Positions 29,902 to 39,701 of a DNA stretch of 57,498 nt are shown here, one piece after another. A model generated the notes under the pieces. The model had not been told where the DNA came from, made no database searches, and saw only the letters and a list, made by a program, of their open reading frames with translations. The position numbers were made by a program, and so were the translations under genes. The stretch is from a bacterium (GTDB taxonomy: Bacteria > Cyanobacteriota > Vampirovibrionia > Obscuribacterales > JAKAZS01): the NCBI GenBank assembly GCA_021815785.1, contig JAKAZS010000006.1, positions 1-57,498 on the forward strand, in the 5' to 3' direction. The first letter of the stretch is position 1. Each line of letters starts with the position of its first letter.

Positions 29902-30628
29902 ACGCAGTTTTTTTTATGGCATTGGTGTTGGGCCAGGCGGATCTGGTTTGATACCTTATGCCGCTTATGAGGCTTTACAAGACGCTGATATTATTTTAAC
30001 ACCCAAAGGCAAAGAGGCCAATATATCTATTGCAAAATTATGTTTAAAGGGGCTGGCAATCCCTGAAACAAAGTTTCAAAACATTATATATAATATGGAT
30101 ACAGAACCCGACTCGCTTAAGGCTCATTATGAAGCTATGGCTCAAAATATATTAAATGAGTTAAATCAAAATAAAATTGTTGCTTATTTAACCTTAGGTG
30201 ATTCGCTTACTTATTCTACCTATAGCTATACTTTACAATCTTTATTAAAATTATGTCCTGATCTTCCATTTAAAACTTTTCCAGGTATAACTAGTTATAG
30301 TGCTATTGCTTCTTCTTTTAATTTCCCGTTAGGACAAGGTAAGGAACGTTTGCTTATTTTACCCTGCCCTGAGGATAGTCTTAGTCTTAAAGCGGATATT
30401 GAATCACATGATTTAGTAATATTAATGAAAATTGGCTATCGCTTGCCTATGGTAATTGAATTGTTAAAAATAATGAATATTGATAAGCATTGTGTTTTTG
30501 CCAGCCGATTAGGTTTACCTGGAGAATTTACCTGTAACGATGTTTCTAAAATTGATCAAAATGAAAAACTGGATTATTTTAGTACAATGTTAATTCGAAA
30601 AAATAAGCCTGATTTCATTGAGGATTAA
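29894..30628 (+). CDS. cbiL: Precorrin-2 C20-methyltransferase (CbiL/CobI)
   Basis: YGIGVGPG, YLTLGDSLTYSTY, PGITSY, VILMK. Confidence 0.9.
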   Translation: MNKRSFFYGIGVGPGGSGLIPYAAYEALQDADIILTPKGKEANISIAKLCLKGLAIPETKFQNIIYNMDTEPDSLKAHYEAMAQNILNELNQNKIVAYLTLGDSLTYSTYSYTLQSLLKLCPDLPFKTFPGITSYSAIASSFNFPLGQGKERLLILPCPEDSLSLKADIESHDLVILMKIGYRLPMVIELLKIMNIDKHCVFASRLGLPGEFTCNDVSKIDQNEKLDYFSTMLIRKNKPDFIED

Positions 30629-30631
30629 TTT

Positions 30632-31405
30632 ATGCGTGTTTATTTTATTGGAGCTGGTCCTGGAGCTGCCGACCTAATTACATTAAGAGGAGCAAGAATT
30701 TTAAATAATACTTTAATGGTTCTGTATGCTGGATCATTAGTTCCACCTGATATTTTAATTCATTGCCATAATAATGCCCAATTAATAAATACAGCATCAT
30801 TATCTTTACCGCAGCAACTTGAATATTTTAAACAGGCCAAAGCCGAAAATATTGATGTAGCTAGGCTTCATTCTGGTGACCCGGCTATATATGGAGCCAT
30901 AAGTGAACAGATAAAGCAATTACAGGAATTTAACATTGATTTTGAAATTATTCCTGGGGTTTCTTCTTTTACAGCCGCAGCTGCCAGTATTAATTGTGAA
31001 TTAACCAAGCCCAACGTTAGTCAAAGTATTATATTGACCAGAATTTCAGGTAGAGCTTCAAAAATAAAAGAAAGTGAATCTTTAGAAAATTTGGCTAAGC
31101 ATCAAGCAACCATGTGCATATTTTTATCGGGCTCCCAATTACCAATTATTATTACAACTTTACTTAAAAGTTATGCCAGCGATACACCAATTGCTCTAGT
31201 CTATAAAGTCAGTACTAATGAAGAAAAAAAACATATTTCTACATTAGAGAATATTCTTAGTGAAATTAATATTGCTGACTGGGTTTTAACTACAATGCTT
31301 CTGGTTGGTGATGTTTTAAGGTCTGACCTTAATTTTGCATCGTGTCTTTACAGTATTAATTATAGTCATAAGTATCGTAATGCTAAAGGTAGAAGCCATG
31401 AATGA
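30632..31405 (+). CDS. cbiF: Precorrin-4 C11-methyltransferase (CbiF/CobM)
   Basis: VYFIGAGPGAADLITLRG, YAGSLV, RLHSGDPAIYGAI. Confidence 0.95.
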   Translation: MRVYFIGAGPGAADLITLRGARILNNTLMVLYAGSLVPPDILIHCHNNAQLINTASLSLPQQLEYFKQAKAENIDVARLHSGDPAIYGAISEQIKQLQEFNIDFEIIPGVSSFTAAAASINCELTKPNVSQSIILTRISGRASKIKESESLENLAKHQATMCIFLSGSQLPIIITTLLKSYASDTPIALVYKVSTNEEKKHISTLENILSEINIADWVLTTMLLVGDVLRSDLNFASCLYSINYSHKYRNAKGRSHE

Positions 31406-32171
31406 CATAGGAATTTTCCCGGTACGTAAGCATGGTTTAAATATTGCTAAATTAATAAAGGCACAGTTAAACTCAACCATATATGAACCTTGGTTAGATA
31501 GCGTTAGCCTTAAAAGTCAATTTGCTAAACTTTATTTTACTCATAAACAGTGGGTTTTTATTGGTGCAAACGCTATAGCCTTACGATTTCTTAATGGTAT
31601 TATTAGCCATAAAAAAATCGATCCTGCTGTAGTAGTGGTAGATGAAGCTGCCAGGTATTCGATTAGTTTACTCTCCGGGCACGAAGGTGGAGCTAATAAT
31701 TTGGCTTATACTGTGGCAAATATTATAAATGCTTTACCGGTTATAACTACTGCCTCAGAGACCCTCAAACCTCTAGTTATTGGTATTGGTTGTCGCAAGG
31801 GCGTTAGTGTTAATACTATTGAACAAGCTTGCCTAAAGGCTTATCCTGGTTTGAACTTTAATGAAGTAAGGTTAGTGACAACTATTGATATAAAACGCAA
31901 TGAATTAGGGTTGCAAGATTTCTGTGTTAAGCATAATTTAAATTTACTGATATTTTCACAACTAGCTATTGCTAACCGACAATGGTATAAAACCAAGTCG
32001 CAATTTGTTAAAAAAATCACAGGATCCTATAGTGTCTGTGAACCATGTGCTTTAATGGCTGGCAATCAAAGTCAGTTAATAGTTTCTAAATCAGTCTATA
32101 ACGGTGTGGCTATTGCCATCGCCAAAGATCTAAATTTACCAGATTCTAATTTTTTTAAGGAAGAGTTATGA
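31398..32171 (+). CDS. cbiG: Cobalt-precorrin-5A hydrolase CbiG (compact N+C domain form)
   Basis: DPAVVVVDE, LLSGHEGGAN, ITTASE, GIGCRKG, VCEPCA; ATG 31398 overlapping cbiF end preferred over 31335. Confidence 0.92.
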   Translation: MNDIGIFPVRKHGLNIAKLIKAQLNSTIYEPWLDSVSLKSQFAKLYFTHKQWVFIGANAIALRFLNGIISHKKIDPAVVVVDEAARYSISLLSGHEGGANNLAYTVANIINALPVITTASETLKPLVIGIGCRKGVSVNTIEQACLKAYPGLNFNEVRLVTTIDIKRNELGLQDFCVKHNLNLLIFSQLAIANRQWYKTKSQFVKKITGSYSVCEPCALMAGNQSQLIVSKSVYNGVAIAIAKDLNLPDSNFFKEEL

Positions 32172-33700
32172 GTGGAGTCTTATATTTAATTTCAGTTGGT
32201 CCAGGTAATATTAACCAAATGACGTTAGCTTCTATTGAAGCTTTAAATAAATCGAATGTGGTTATAGGTTATGGTCTATATTTTAAATGGATCAAACCAC
32301 TTTTAGTTAATCAAGAAATTATTGACTTACCTTTAACTCAAGAAAAACAAAGAGCTGAACTGGCGATTACCAGAGTTAGATCTGGTGAATCTGTGGCCGT
32401 TATATCTAGTGGTGATATTGGTATTTATGGTATGGCCAGTTTGATATTTGAAACCATGGCTGATACAGACGATTTTATTGTTAAAGTTTTACCTGGTGTA
32501 AGTGCTGCAAATGCTACAGCTTCGTTGTTAGGAGCGCCATTGGCGCACGACTTTGCTTGTTTAAGTTTATCAGATCTGCTTTGCCCTTGGCAGTGGATAG
32601 AAGATCGAGCCAGAAACTTAGCTAAATGTGATATGGTTATTGCTTTATATAATGTGCAAAGTAAAACAAGAATTAATGGTATTTATAAAATATTAAATTT
32701 ATTACTTGAATTTAAGCCTAGTGATACTATTTGCGGTATTGTATCTAACGCCTATCGCGAGAATCAAAGTATAATTAAATGTAGTTTAATTGAATTATTA
32801 GACAAAACTTTTGATATGTATACAACAATAATTATTGGCAATAAATTTACAACGCAAAAACAAAGTTTTATATACACACCTAGGGGTTATAATGATTTTA
32901 AAGTTAATACCACTAAGAATATTCCTAAAAATTCAATTTGGTTGTTTGCTGGTACTAGTGATGGTAATGAATTGGCCAATAAATTGGCTGATTTAAATTA
33001 TTCAGTCATAATTTCAACGGCAACATCATATGGAATGGCTAATGCTAAAATTAACTGTCCTAATTCAATTGTTATAAACAGTTTATTAACTCCTCATGAC
33101 CGTTTTAACTATATAAAGGATAGTGCTAAATATATTATTGATGCCACTCATCCTTTTGCCGTAAATATATCTAAACAACTCATGGATATTAGTCATAATC
33201 TTAAGATTCCTTATTTAAGATACGAAAGGCCAGTAGTTACTAATTATAAGAAGTCTCTATTGGTGGATTCCTGTCAGGAGGCTATGGCTATGGCTAAAAA
33301 TTTTGGAAAAAATATTTTTTTGGCTATAGGAATTAAAAATTTAGAAATTTTTCTAAAAGATCAAGATGTTAATCATAAAAATTTGTTTTTACGTTGTTTG
33401 CCTTTTAGTGGTTCAATTGATAAAGCCTTAAATCTTGGCATTTTACCAGAAAATATAATTGCCATGCAAGGGCCATATAGTTCTTCGTTTAATAAGGTTT
33501 TATGGGAAAACTGGAAAATTAATTGTGTAATAACCAAAGAATCTGGTCTTGAAGGTGGTTTATCTGAAAAAATTGAAGCTTGTGAAAATTTAAATATACC
33601 GCTTATCGTAATTAAACGACCTGATGTAGCTTATATAAATAAATATAATTCTTTGGCTGATATTGTTTCAGCCATCAATAAACTGGAGGTAATATCATGA
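32168..33700 (+). CDS. cbiH: Fused precorrin-3B C17-methyltransferase CbiH (CobJ) / precorrin-6x reductase CbiJ (CobK)
   Basis: SSGDIGIYGMA, LGAPLAHDF, SLSDLLCPW, TPRGY; then FAGTSDG, DATHPFA, AMQGP, TKESG. Confidence 0.93.
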   Translation: MSGVLYLISVGPGNINQMTLASIEALNKSNVVIGYGLYFKWIKPLLVNQEIIDLPLTQEKQRAELAITRVRSGESVAVISSGDIGIYGMASLIFETMADTDDFIVKVLPGVSAANATASLLGAPLAHDFACLSLSDLLCPWQWIEDRARNLAKCDMVIALYNVQSKTRINGIYKILNLLLEFKPSDTICGIVSNAYRENQSIIKCSLIELLDKTFDMYTTIIIGNKFTTQKQSFIYTPRGYNDFKVNTTKNIPKNSIWLFAGTSDGNELANKLADLNYSVIISTATSYGMANAKINCPNSIVINSLLTPHDRFNYIKDSAKYIIDATHPFAVNISKQLMDISHNLKIPYLRYERPVVTNYKKSLLVDSCQEAMAMAKNFGKNIFLAIGIKNLEIFLKDQDVNHKNLFLRCLPFSGSIDKALNLGILPENIIAMQGPYSSSFNKVLWENWKINCVITKESGLEGGLSEKIEACENLNIPLIVIKRPDVAYINKYNSLADIVSAINKLEVIS

Positions 33701-34749
33701 GTATAAAAATTCCTATAACAATTTTTACGGGAATTTTAGGTTCGGGCAAAACTACGATTATTTCAAATTTGTCCTTACAAAATACTGATTTTAAAATTGC
33801 TTTAATTGTTAATGAATATGGTGTTACAAGTATTGATAGTATTATTTTTAAGAAATTAAACAATAATAATCTTATAATTCATGAAATAAACAATGGATTA
33901 ATTGCTTATGCTGGTAGTGACAATTTTGAAAATATTTTAAAATCAATTATTACTGATAAATACAAAATAGATCATGTCATAATTGAAACGTCAGGTTTAG
34001 CTGTGCCGTCAGCTATTTGGAGTGTACTGGAAAATAACAATTATTTTGATACTTTTTTTATTGATGCAACTATTGCCGTGATTGATACCCCTTTATTATT
34101 AAAGGGGTATTATGATACTAATCAGGTTGTTTCAGAAATATTTTTGCAACAGCTTATTAATTCCGATATTGCTGTATTAAATAAAGTTGATAATTTAACT
34201 AAATTTGATTTGACATTGGCTGAACAATTAATTCGAAAAAAAGCTAATAATTTAAGGTTTATTGAGTTGGCTTATCATGGAAATCTAGATTTAGAGTTAG
34301 CTTTAGGCCTTAACTTGCATACTGTTATTAATTCCAATATTAGCAATTACGCTGTTAAAACTATACCAAATAATTTGAATGGACATCGTCATTCTAATCT
34401 TGAACCTCATGACCACGGTTTGTTAACACATGAGCACATTCATGAACACGATCCTGCCTGGTTGTCATTTATGCTTACAAGTTATGAAAAACAAAATTTT
34501 GAAATTGTGGAATCGGCACTTCATAAAGTAATTTGTCAACAAAATATTTTTAGAGTTAAAGGTTATATCATTACTAAAGAAGCAACAATTTATGAATTTC
34601 AATCAGTACCTAATAAAGTTTATTCTTTGCCAATAGATAATTTGTCATTATCGATTGAACAAAGCCAACTTGTTTTTATTGGACGTGATATTGACCGGCA
34701 TCATATTGAGCATCAGTTATCTGATTTAACTAGTACATCATGGAGTTAA
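33697..34749 (+). CDS. cobW: CobW/COG0523 family P-loop GTPase metallochaperone (atypical, no CxCC)
   Basis: GILGSGKTT, VNEYG, IETSGLA, LNKVD, His-rich stretch, C-terminal FRVKG and LVFIG. Confidence 0.88.
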   Translation: MSIKIPITIFTGILGSGKTTIISNLSLQNTDFKIALIVNEYGVTSIDSIIFKKLNNNNLIIHEINNGLIAYAGSDNFENILKSIITDKYKIDHVIIETSGLAVPSAIWSVLENNNYFDTFFIDATIAVIDTPLLLKGYYDTNQVVSEIFLQQLINSDIAVLNKVDNLTKFDLTLAEQLIRKKANNLRFIELAYHGNLDLELALGLNLHTVINSNISNYAVKTIPNNLNGHRHSNLEPHDHGLLTHEHIHEHDPAWLSFMLTSYEKQNFEIVESALHKVICQQNIFRVKGYIITKEATIYEFQSVPNKVYSLPIDNLSLSIEQSQLVFIGRDIDRHHIEHQLSDLTSTSWS

Positions 34750-34755
34750 TAAATA

Positions 34756-35355
34756 ATGGATGATGAAAATATTTATTTAAATAAAGCAAAAATACACAAA
34801 GAAGTTTTTGAAAGTAAAAAGGCCAAGGCCATTAAAGAAAAAGGTTTAATTATAGTTTATACAGGATCTGGTAAAGGTAAGACTACAGCAGCTCTAGGTA
34901 TGGCTGTTAGAATTTTAGGGCATAATATGAATTTAGGTGTTATCCAATTTATTAAAGGTGCTTTAAATACTGCTGAAAGAAATTTTTTTTTGAACTATAA
35001 AAATTGTGTATTTAAATCTATGGGTGACGGCTATACTTGGAACACACAAAATCGAAATCAAGATATTGTTTCAGCAAATCGAGCCTGGACTTTAGCTCAG
35101 GGAATGATAACTAGTAATACTTTTGATATGATAATTTTAGATGAATTAAATATTATCCTTAAGCATAAATATCTAGATGAAGCAGAAATTATAAATTTTT
35201 TAATTAATAAGCCAGCCCATTTACATATTGTTATTACTGGTCGTAATGCTTCAACTGAATTAATTAAGATAGCTGATTTGGTCAGTGAAGTTAAATGTAT
35301 TAAACATCCTTATCAGGAGCAAGGAATTAAAGCTCAACGTGGGATTGAGTTTTAA
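34756..35355 (+). CDS. cobO: Cob(I)yrinic acid a,c-diamide adenosyltransferase
   Basis: TGSGKGKTTAALG, QFIKG, ILDELN, ITGR, AQRGIEF. Confidence 0.97.
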   Translation: MDDENIYLNKAKIHKEVFESKKAKAIKEKGLIIVYTGSGKGKTTAALGMAVRILGHNMNLGVIQFIKGALNTAERNFFLNYKNCVFKSMGDGYTWNTQNRNQDIVSANRAWTLAQGMITSNTFDMIILDELNIILKHKYLDEAEIINFLINKPAHLHIVITGRNASTELIKIADLVSEVKCIKHPYQEQGIKAQRGIEF

Positions 35356-36641
35356 TGTCAAAGAAGGCTTTATCTTTGTTAATTAGTGGTATTGCTTCCA
35401 ATCAAGGCAAAACTACCATAACTGCTTGTCTTGCCTATAAATTGAGAAAATGCGGGTATAAAGTTCAGGTTTTTAAAATTGGTCCAGATTTTCTCGACCC
35501 TCAAATATTAGAATTTGCTTCAGGTAATCCGGTTAAACAACTAGACCTATGGATGGTTGGGCACAATAACTGTGTACGGCTTTTATACGAAGCTTATATT
35601 TCTATGGATTATATTTTAATTGAAGGTGTTATGGGGCTTTATGATGGCATACCTTCTACAGCGGATTTAGCCATAGCTTTTAATATACCGGTAATAGCCA
35701 TTATTGATGCCAGTTCCATGGCGCAAAGTTTTGCAGCTTTGGCTTATGGTTTAGTTAACTATAATAATAAAATTAATTTATGTGGTGTCTTGGCTAATAG
35801 AATAGCCAGTGACCATCATTTAAATTTAATTCATAATAGTGATTTTAAAGGGGTTAAATTTTTAGGTGGTATTGAAGAAAATTCTAAAATTGCCATAAAT
35901 TCAAGGCATCTTGGTCTTTGCCAGGCGAAGGAAATACCTGATTTAATTTCCAAGCTTGAATCAGGTATTGAGCTTATCGACAAATGTAAGTTAATTAATT
36001 GTTTTGAGCCTATTGAATTTGCTAAAGTCAAGCCGATAAAATCTTTTTCAAGAAGTTTAAAAAATAAAAAAATTGGCATTGCCAAAGACTTGGCATTTTC
36101 CTTTTTATATTCGCAAAATATTAACGTTTTAGAAAAATTAGGGGCTAAAATTGTATTTTTTTCAGTATTAAATGATAAAAAAATACCTGATATTGATTCT
36201 TTGTATTTACCCGGTGGGTACCCTGAATTACACTTAAAAGCGCTTGAAGAAAATATAAGTATGCAAGCTTCGATAATTATGCATTATCAATCAAATAAAA
36301 AAATATACGCAGAATGTGGTGGTATGCTCTATTTAATGGAAAGCTTAACCGACACAAAGGGGAATAGCGCTAAACTAACTAGTATTATTCCTGGACAAGC
36401 TGTTATGCAAAGTAAAATTAGCAGTTTAGGGTATCAAGAATTAGCAACATCATTTGGCAATATCCGTGGCCATACATTTCATTATTCTAATAGTAAGATT
36501 AATTTATATCCATTGGCTGTAGCCAAATACCCTAATAAAAATATTGACGGTGAAGCTATATATAAAATTAATTCTTTAACAGCTACTTATTGTCATTTCT
36601 ATTTTGATTCTAATATTGATTTTGTGGCAAGTTTATTTTAA
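35355..36641 (+). CDS. cobB: Cobyrinate a,c-diamide synthase (CobB/CbiA)
   Basis: SNQGKTT, KIGPDFLDP, EGVMGLYDG, PGGYPE, YAECGG. Confidence 0.96.
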   Translation: MSKKALSLLISGIASNQGKTTITACLAYKLRKCGYKVQVFKIGPDFLDPQILEFASGNPVKQLDLWMVGHNNCVRLLYEAYISMDYILIEGVMGLYDGIPSTADLAIAFNIPVIAIIDASSMAQSFAALAYGLVNYNNKINLCGVLANRIASDHHLNLIHNSDFKGVKFLGGIEENSKIAINSRHLGLCQAKEIPDLISKLESGIELIDKCKLINCFEPIEFAKVKPIKSFSRSLKNKKIGIAKDLAFSFLYSQNINVLEKLGAKIVFFSVLNDKKIPDIDSLYLPGGYPELHLKALEENISMQASIIMHYQSNKKIYAECGGMLYLMESLTDTKGNSAKLTSIIPGQAVMQSKISSLGYQELATSFGNIRGHTFHYSNSKINLYPLAVAKYPNKNIDGEAIYKINSLTATYCHFYFDSNIDFVASLF

Positions 36642-36787
36642 GCAAAACGTATATGGTTGACTTGTTTTAACTTTCGTAAATGACTGTAGCTATTTAATGA
36701 TTGTTAAGCTAATTAGATTTATTTTGATTTTAACCTAAATTGTCCTGGCAAAAACTTGAAAAATATAAAAATTAATAATTAAACTGG

Positions 36788-37885
36788 TTAAACTGTCTTT
36801 TTCGACAATGGTTGTAATTCCAGCAAATTATACTGCGTATCACGTTGAGCCGCGTTGTGACCAGTTTGGTGAATACAGTGAATCATTTCAGCTAAGCTGA
36901 CATCACAAGATGTTCCAGCTGCTGATACGACATTTTCTTCCATCATTGTGCCACCAAAATCATTAGCCCCAAAGCCAAAAGCAATTTGGCCTAAGCTTGA
37001 TCCTTGGGTAACCCAGGAGGACTGAATATTTTTAATATTATCCAGCACAATTCGGGCCACTGATACCAGTCGTAGGTAGTCAACTGCCGAAGCTTGATTA
37101 TGAACAATTTTGGCTAATGGAGTATTGCCTCTTTGAAAGCTCCATGCGATAAAAGCCGTAAAACCTGGATAACTATCCTGTAAATCTCTTATGGCCATTA
37201 GATGTTCAATTTGATCATAAGCTGTATCAACAGAACCAAACATCATGGTTGCAGTTGTTTTAATATTTAATTTATGAGCTTCTTGCATAACCTCAAGCCA
37301 GCGACGAGCCGGAATTTTAAGGGGGCTGATTTTTTTCTTGACGCTTTCGGTAAGAATTTCAGCTCCACCACCAGGTATTGAAGATAAACCAGCTTTGACG
37401 AGGCGTTGTAACACTTCGATTAAGGATAAATTGCTGATTCGGGTAATATGGTCAATTTCGGATGGCGAAAAGCCGTGAATAGTTAGGTTGGGAAAATCAT
37501 GACGGATAGAACTGAGTAAATCCTCATAGTATTCAATACCAAGATCCTTATTATGACCTCCTTGAAGCAGTAATTGAGTTCCCCCAAAATCAACCAGTTC
37601 TTGGATTTTTTGGTGGATAACTTTATAAGGTAACACGTATCCGTCTAGCGAGCCAGGAGCAACATAAAAAGCGCAAAAAGTACAATAAGCATCACAGATA
37701 TTAGTATAATTAACGTTGCGATCAATTACATAGGTAATGGGGGAGCTATCTGGATGAAAGCGTTTGCGAATTTCATTAGCCGTATAACCTAAATCAAGTA
37801 AATTGGCTTGATTTAGTAAAGCTAAACTTTCTTCAAAATTAAGGCGATTGCCTTTAAGGGCTTTTTTAAGAATTTCTTGGGTCAT
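36788..37885 (-). CDS. mqnC: Cyclic dehypoxanthinyl futalosine synthase (radical SAM, futalosine menaquinone pathway)
   Basis: DRNVNYTNICDAYCTFC, PGGGAEIL, QSSWVTQG, FGANDFGGTMMEENVVSAAG. Confidence 0.9.
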   Translation of the reverse strand: MTQEILKKALKGNRLNFEESLALLNQANLLDLGYTANEIRKRFHPDSSPITYVIDRNVNYTNICDAYCTFCAFYVAPGSLDGYVLPYKVIHQKIQELVDFGGTQLLLQGGHNKDLGIEYYEDLLSSIRHDFPNLTIHGFSPSEIDHITRISNLSLIEVLQRLVKAGLSSIPGGGAEILTESVKKKISPLKIPARRWLEVMQEAHKLNIKTTATMMFGSVDTAYDQIEHLMAIRDLQDSYPGFTAFIAWSFQRGNTPLAKIVHNQASAVDYLRLVSVARIVLDNIKNIQSSWVTQGSSLGQIAFGFGANDFGGTMMEENVVSAAGTSCDVSLAEMIHCIHQTGHNAAQRDTQYNLLELQPLSKKTV

Positions 37886-38223
37886 TTTTACCTGCTGTTT
37901 TACACCTAAAATTTTATACCTGTAAAAAATTATGTATTACTTTATTTTAGTTAAAATAAATAATGTAAGTATGCCAATAATACATAAATATTGGTAACTA
38001 AGTTTAATAAATTGGCTAATTTTCAACATTTATTAATGATTATATGAGTTATATTGGATAATTTAGGGTAAGTAGAAATTACCGGATTGTTTTAATTGTT
38101 AATGAATTTAATGAAAGTAACTTAAATTCTTTTATTAATTTGGCTAAGGCAATTTTGACTTTGATAAGTTACAATTAAATTGGCAGTTTTTTATGTTCGT
38201 TTTCGAGGTTATGTAAGTTTAAT

Positions 38224-39162
38224 ATGGTTGCCTATAAAGACTATTATAAAATTTTAGGTGTTTCCAAGCAGGCTACCGATAAAGAGATTAAGGCTGCTTA
38301 CCGCAAATTAGCTAGGCTTAATCACCCGGATACAAATAAAGGGCATAAAGGGGCAGAAGAAAAGTTTAAAGAAATTAATGAAGCTTATGAAGTCTTAAAA
38401 GATCCAGAAAAACGACAAAAATATGATGCTTTAGGGCCAAATTGGCAGCAATATGGTGGTTTTGGCAATGCGCAAAATCAAAATATGAATTTTGATTTTA
38501 ATTCATTTCAGGGTTTTGGCGGCAGCGGTTCTTCAAATTTTTCTGATTTTTTTGAAATGTTATTTGGACAGAATTTTGGCACTGGTGCTAAAACTGCTGG
38601 TGGCCGCAAATCAGGATTTGAGGATATGTTAAATCCGCGCAGTATGGACCGTGAAACAGATATTGAGCTTAGTATTGAAGAAATGTTAACGGGTACTACC
38701 CGAATAATCCAAAAAAATGAACCTAATGGCCAAGTTAAAACTTTACAAGTAAAAATACCCCCTAATGTTCGCTTAGGGTCTAAAATTAGAGTTGCTGGTG
38801 AAGGTGCCAAGTCTAATGTAAATAATCAGACTGGCGATATCTATTTAAAAGTTAAACTAAAGCCTCATCCACATTTTACTATTGATGGTGATAATCTTTT
38901 GACCGATATTACTCTGTCTCCAGCTTTAGCTACCATTGGTGGACTGGTTAAGGTTAAAACCATTGATGGTGAAGTCACCATTAAAGTTCCACCTGGGTCT
39001 CAACATGGTCAGATGTTAAGGATTAAAGAAAAAGGATTACCTCAAGGCAAGGATAAACCTAGGGGTGACCATTTGGCTAAAATTAAAATTGTTATTCCGA
39101 AAAATTTAAATGATCAACAAAAGGAACTTTACAACCAGATTTTAAATTTAGAAAAGCATTAG
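38224..39162 (+). CDS. DnaJ class II / CbpA-like co-chaperone
   Basis: J-domain with HPD, G/F-rich linker, C-terminal DnaJ domain, no zinc finger. Confidence 0.93.
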   Translation: MVAYKDYYKILGVSKQATDKEIKAAYRKLARLNHPDTNKGHKGAEEKFKEINEAYEVLKDPEKRQKYDALGPNWQQYGGFGNAQNQNMNFDFNSFQGFGGSGSSNFSDFFEMLFGQNFGTGAKTAGGRKSGFEDMLNPRSMDRETDIELSIEEMLTGTTRIIQKNEPNGQVKTLQVKIPPNVRLGSKIRVAGEGAKSNVNNQTGDIYLKVKLKPHPHFTIDGDNLLTDITLSPALATIGGLVKVKTIDGEVTIKVPPGSQHGQMLRIKEKGLPQGKDKPRGDHLAKIKIVIPKNLNDQQKELYNQILNLEKH

Positions 39163-39166
39163 TGAT

Positions 39167-39685
39167 TTAACTACTTTTAGTTTCATTGGTTTTATTACTT
39201 TCGCTACCGTCACTAGCTGATTTTTCTTCAGGGCAATCAGGTGAACAATTTTCTTCGTTATTTACTTTTGCACCACAAACAGGACAAAAGCTTTTATCCG
39301 TACTGATTTCACTCTGACAGGAATGACATTTAGACCCTGGTGTAGTATGATATCCAGCTTTAGCTTGCGCTTTTTGGCGTGCTGAGGCATTGGGATCGTA
39401 TTGAGCTTTTAGGCTAGATAATTCGTCATTGAGTAGGCCAATTTCATCATCTAGTTTATTGATGTCTTTAACTTTAATCATAACTTCGTCTTCACTAATT
39501 TTATCATTTTTATTTAATTTAGCAAAAACCATTCGTCCGATTTCTATATATATGGTTGTTCTTTTACGCTCTAAATCTTTAATTTGATTAGTAATTGTAA
39601 AAGATTGCAGCATTTCCTGAGAACGGTTTTTAACCTGATTAACTTCTTTAGTTATGCCTTGAAAAATTTCTTCAATTAACGCCAT
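39167..39685 (-). CDS. Coiled-coil plus zinc-ribbon protein
   Basis: CHSC...CPVCG; ATG 39685 with AGGAGA SD preferred over 39736. Confidence 0.8.
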   Translation of the reverse strand: MALIEEIFQGITKEVNQVKNRSQEMLQSFTITNQIKDLERKRTTIYIEIGRMVFAKLNKNDKISEDEVMIKVKDINKLDDEIGLLNDELSSLKAQYDPNASARQKAQAKAGYHTTPGSKCHSCQSEISTDKSFCPVCGAKVNNEENCSPDCPEEKSASDGSESNKTNETKSS

Positions 39686-39701
39686 GATTTCTTTTCTCCT
39701 C

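Noticed and set aside
15070-36787. Mobile-element boundaries around the cob cluster
   Set aside because: No integrase, transposase, tRNA or flanking direct repeats found.
36788-37885. CofH (F420) or MqnE assignment
   Set aside because: DRNVNYTN, QSSWVTQG and MMEENVVSAAG fit MqnC better.
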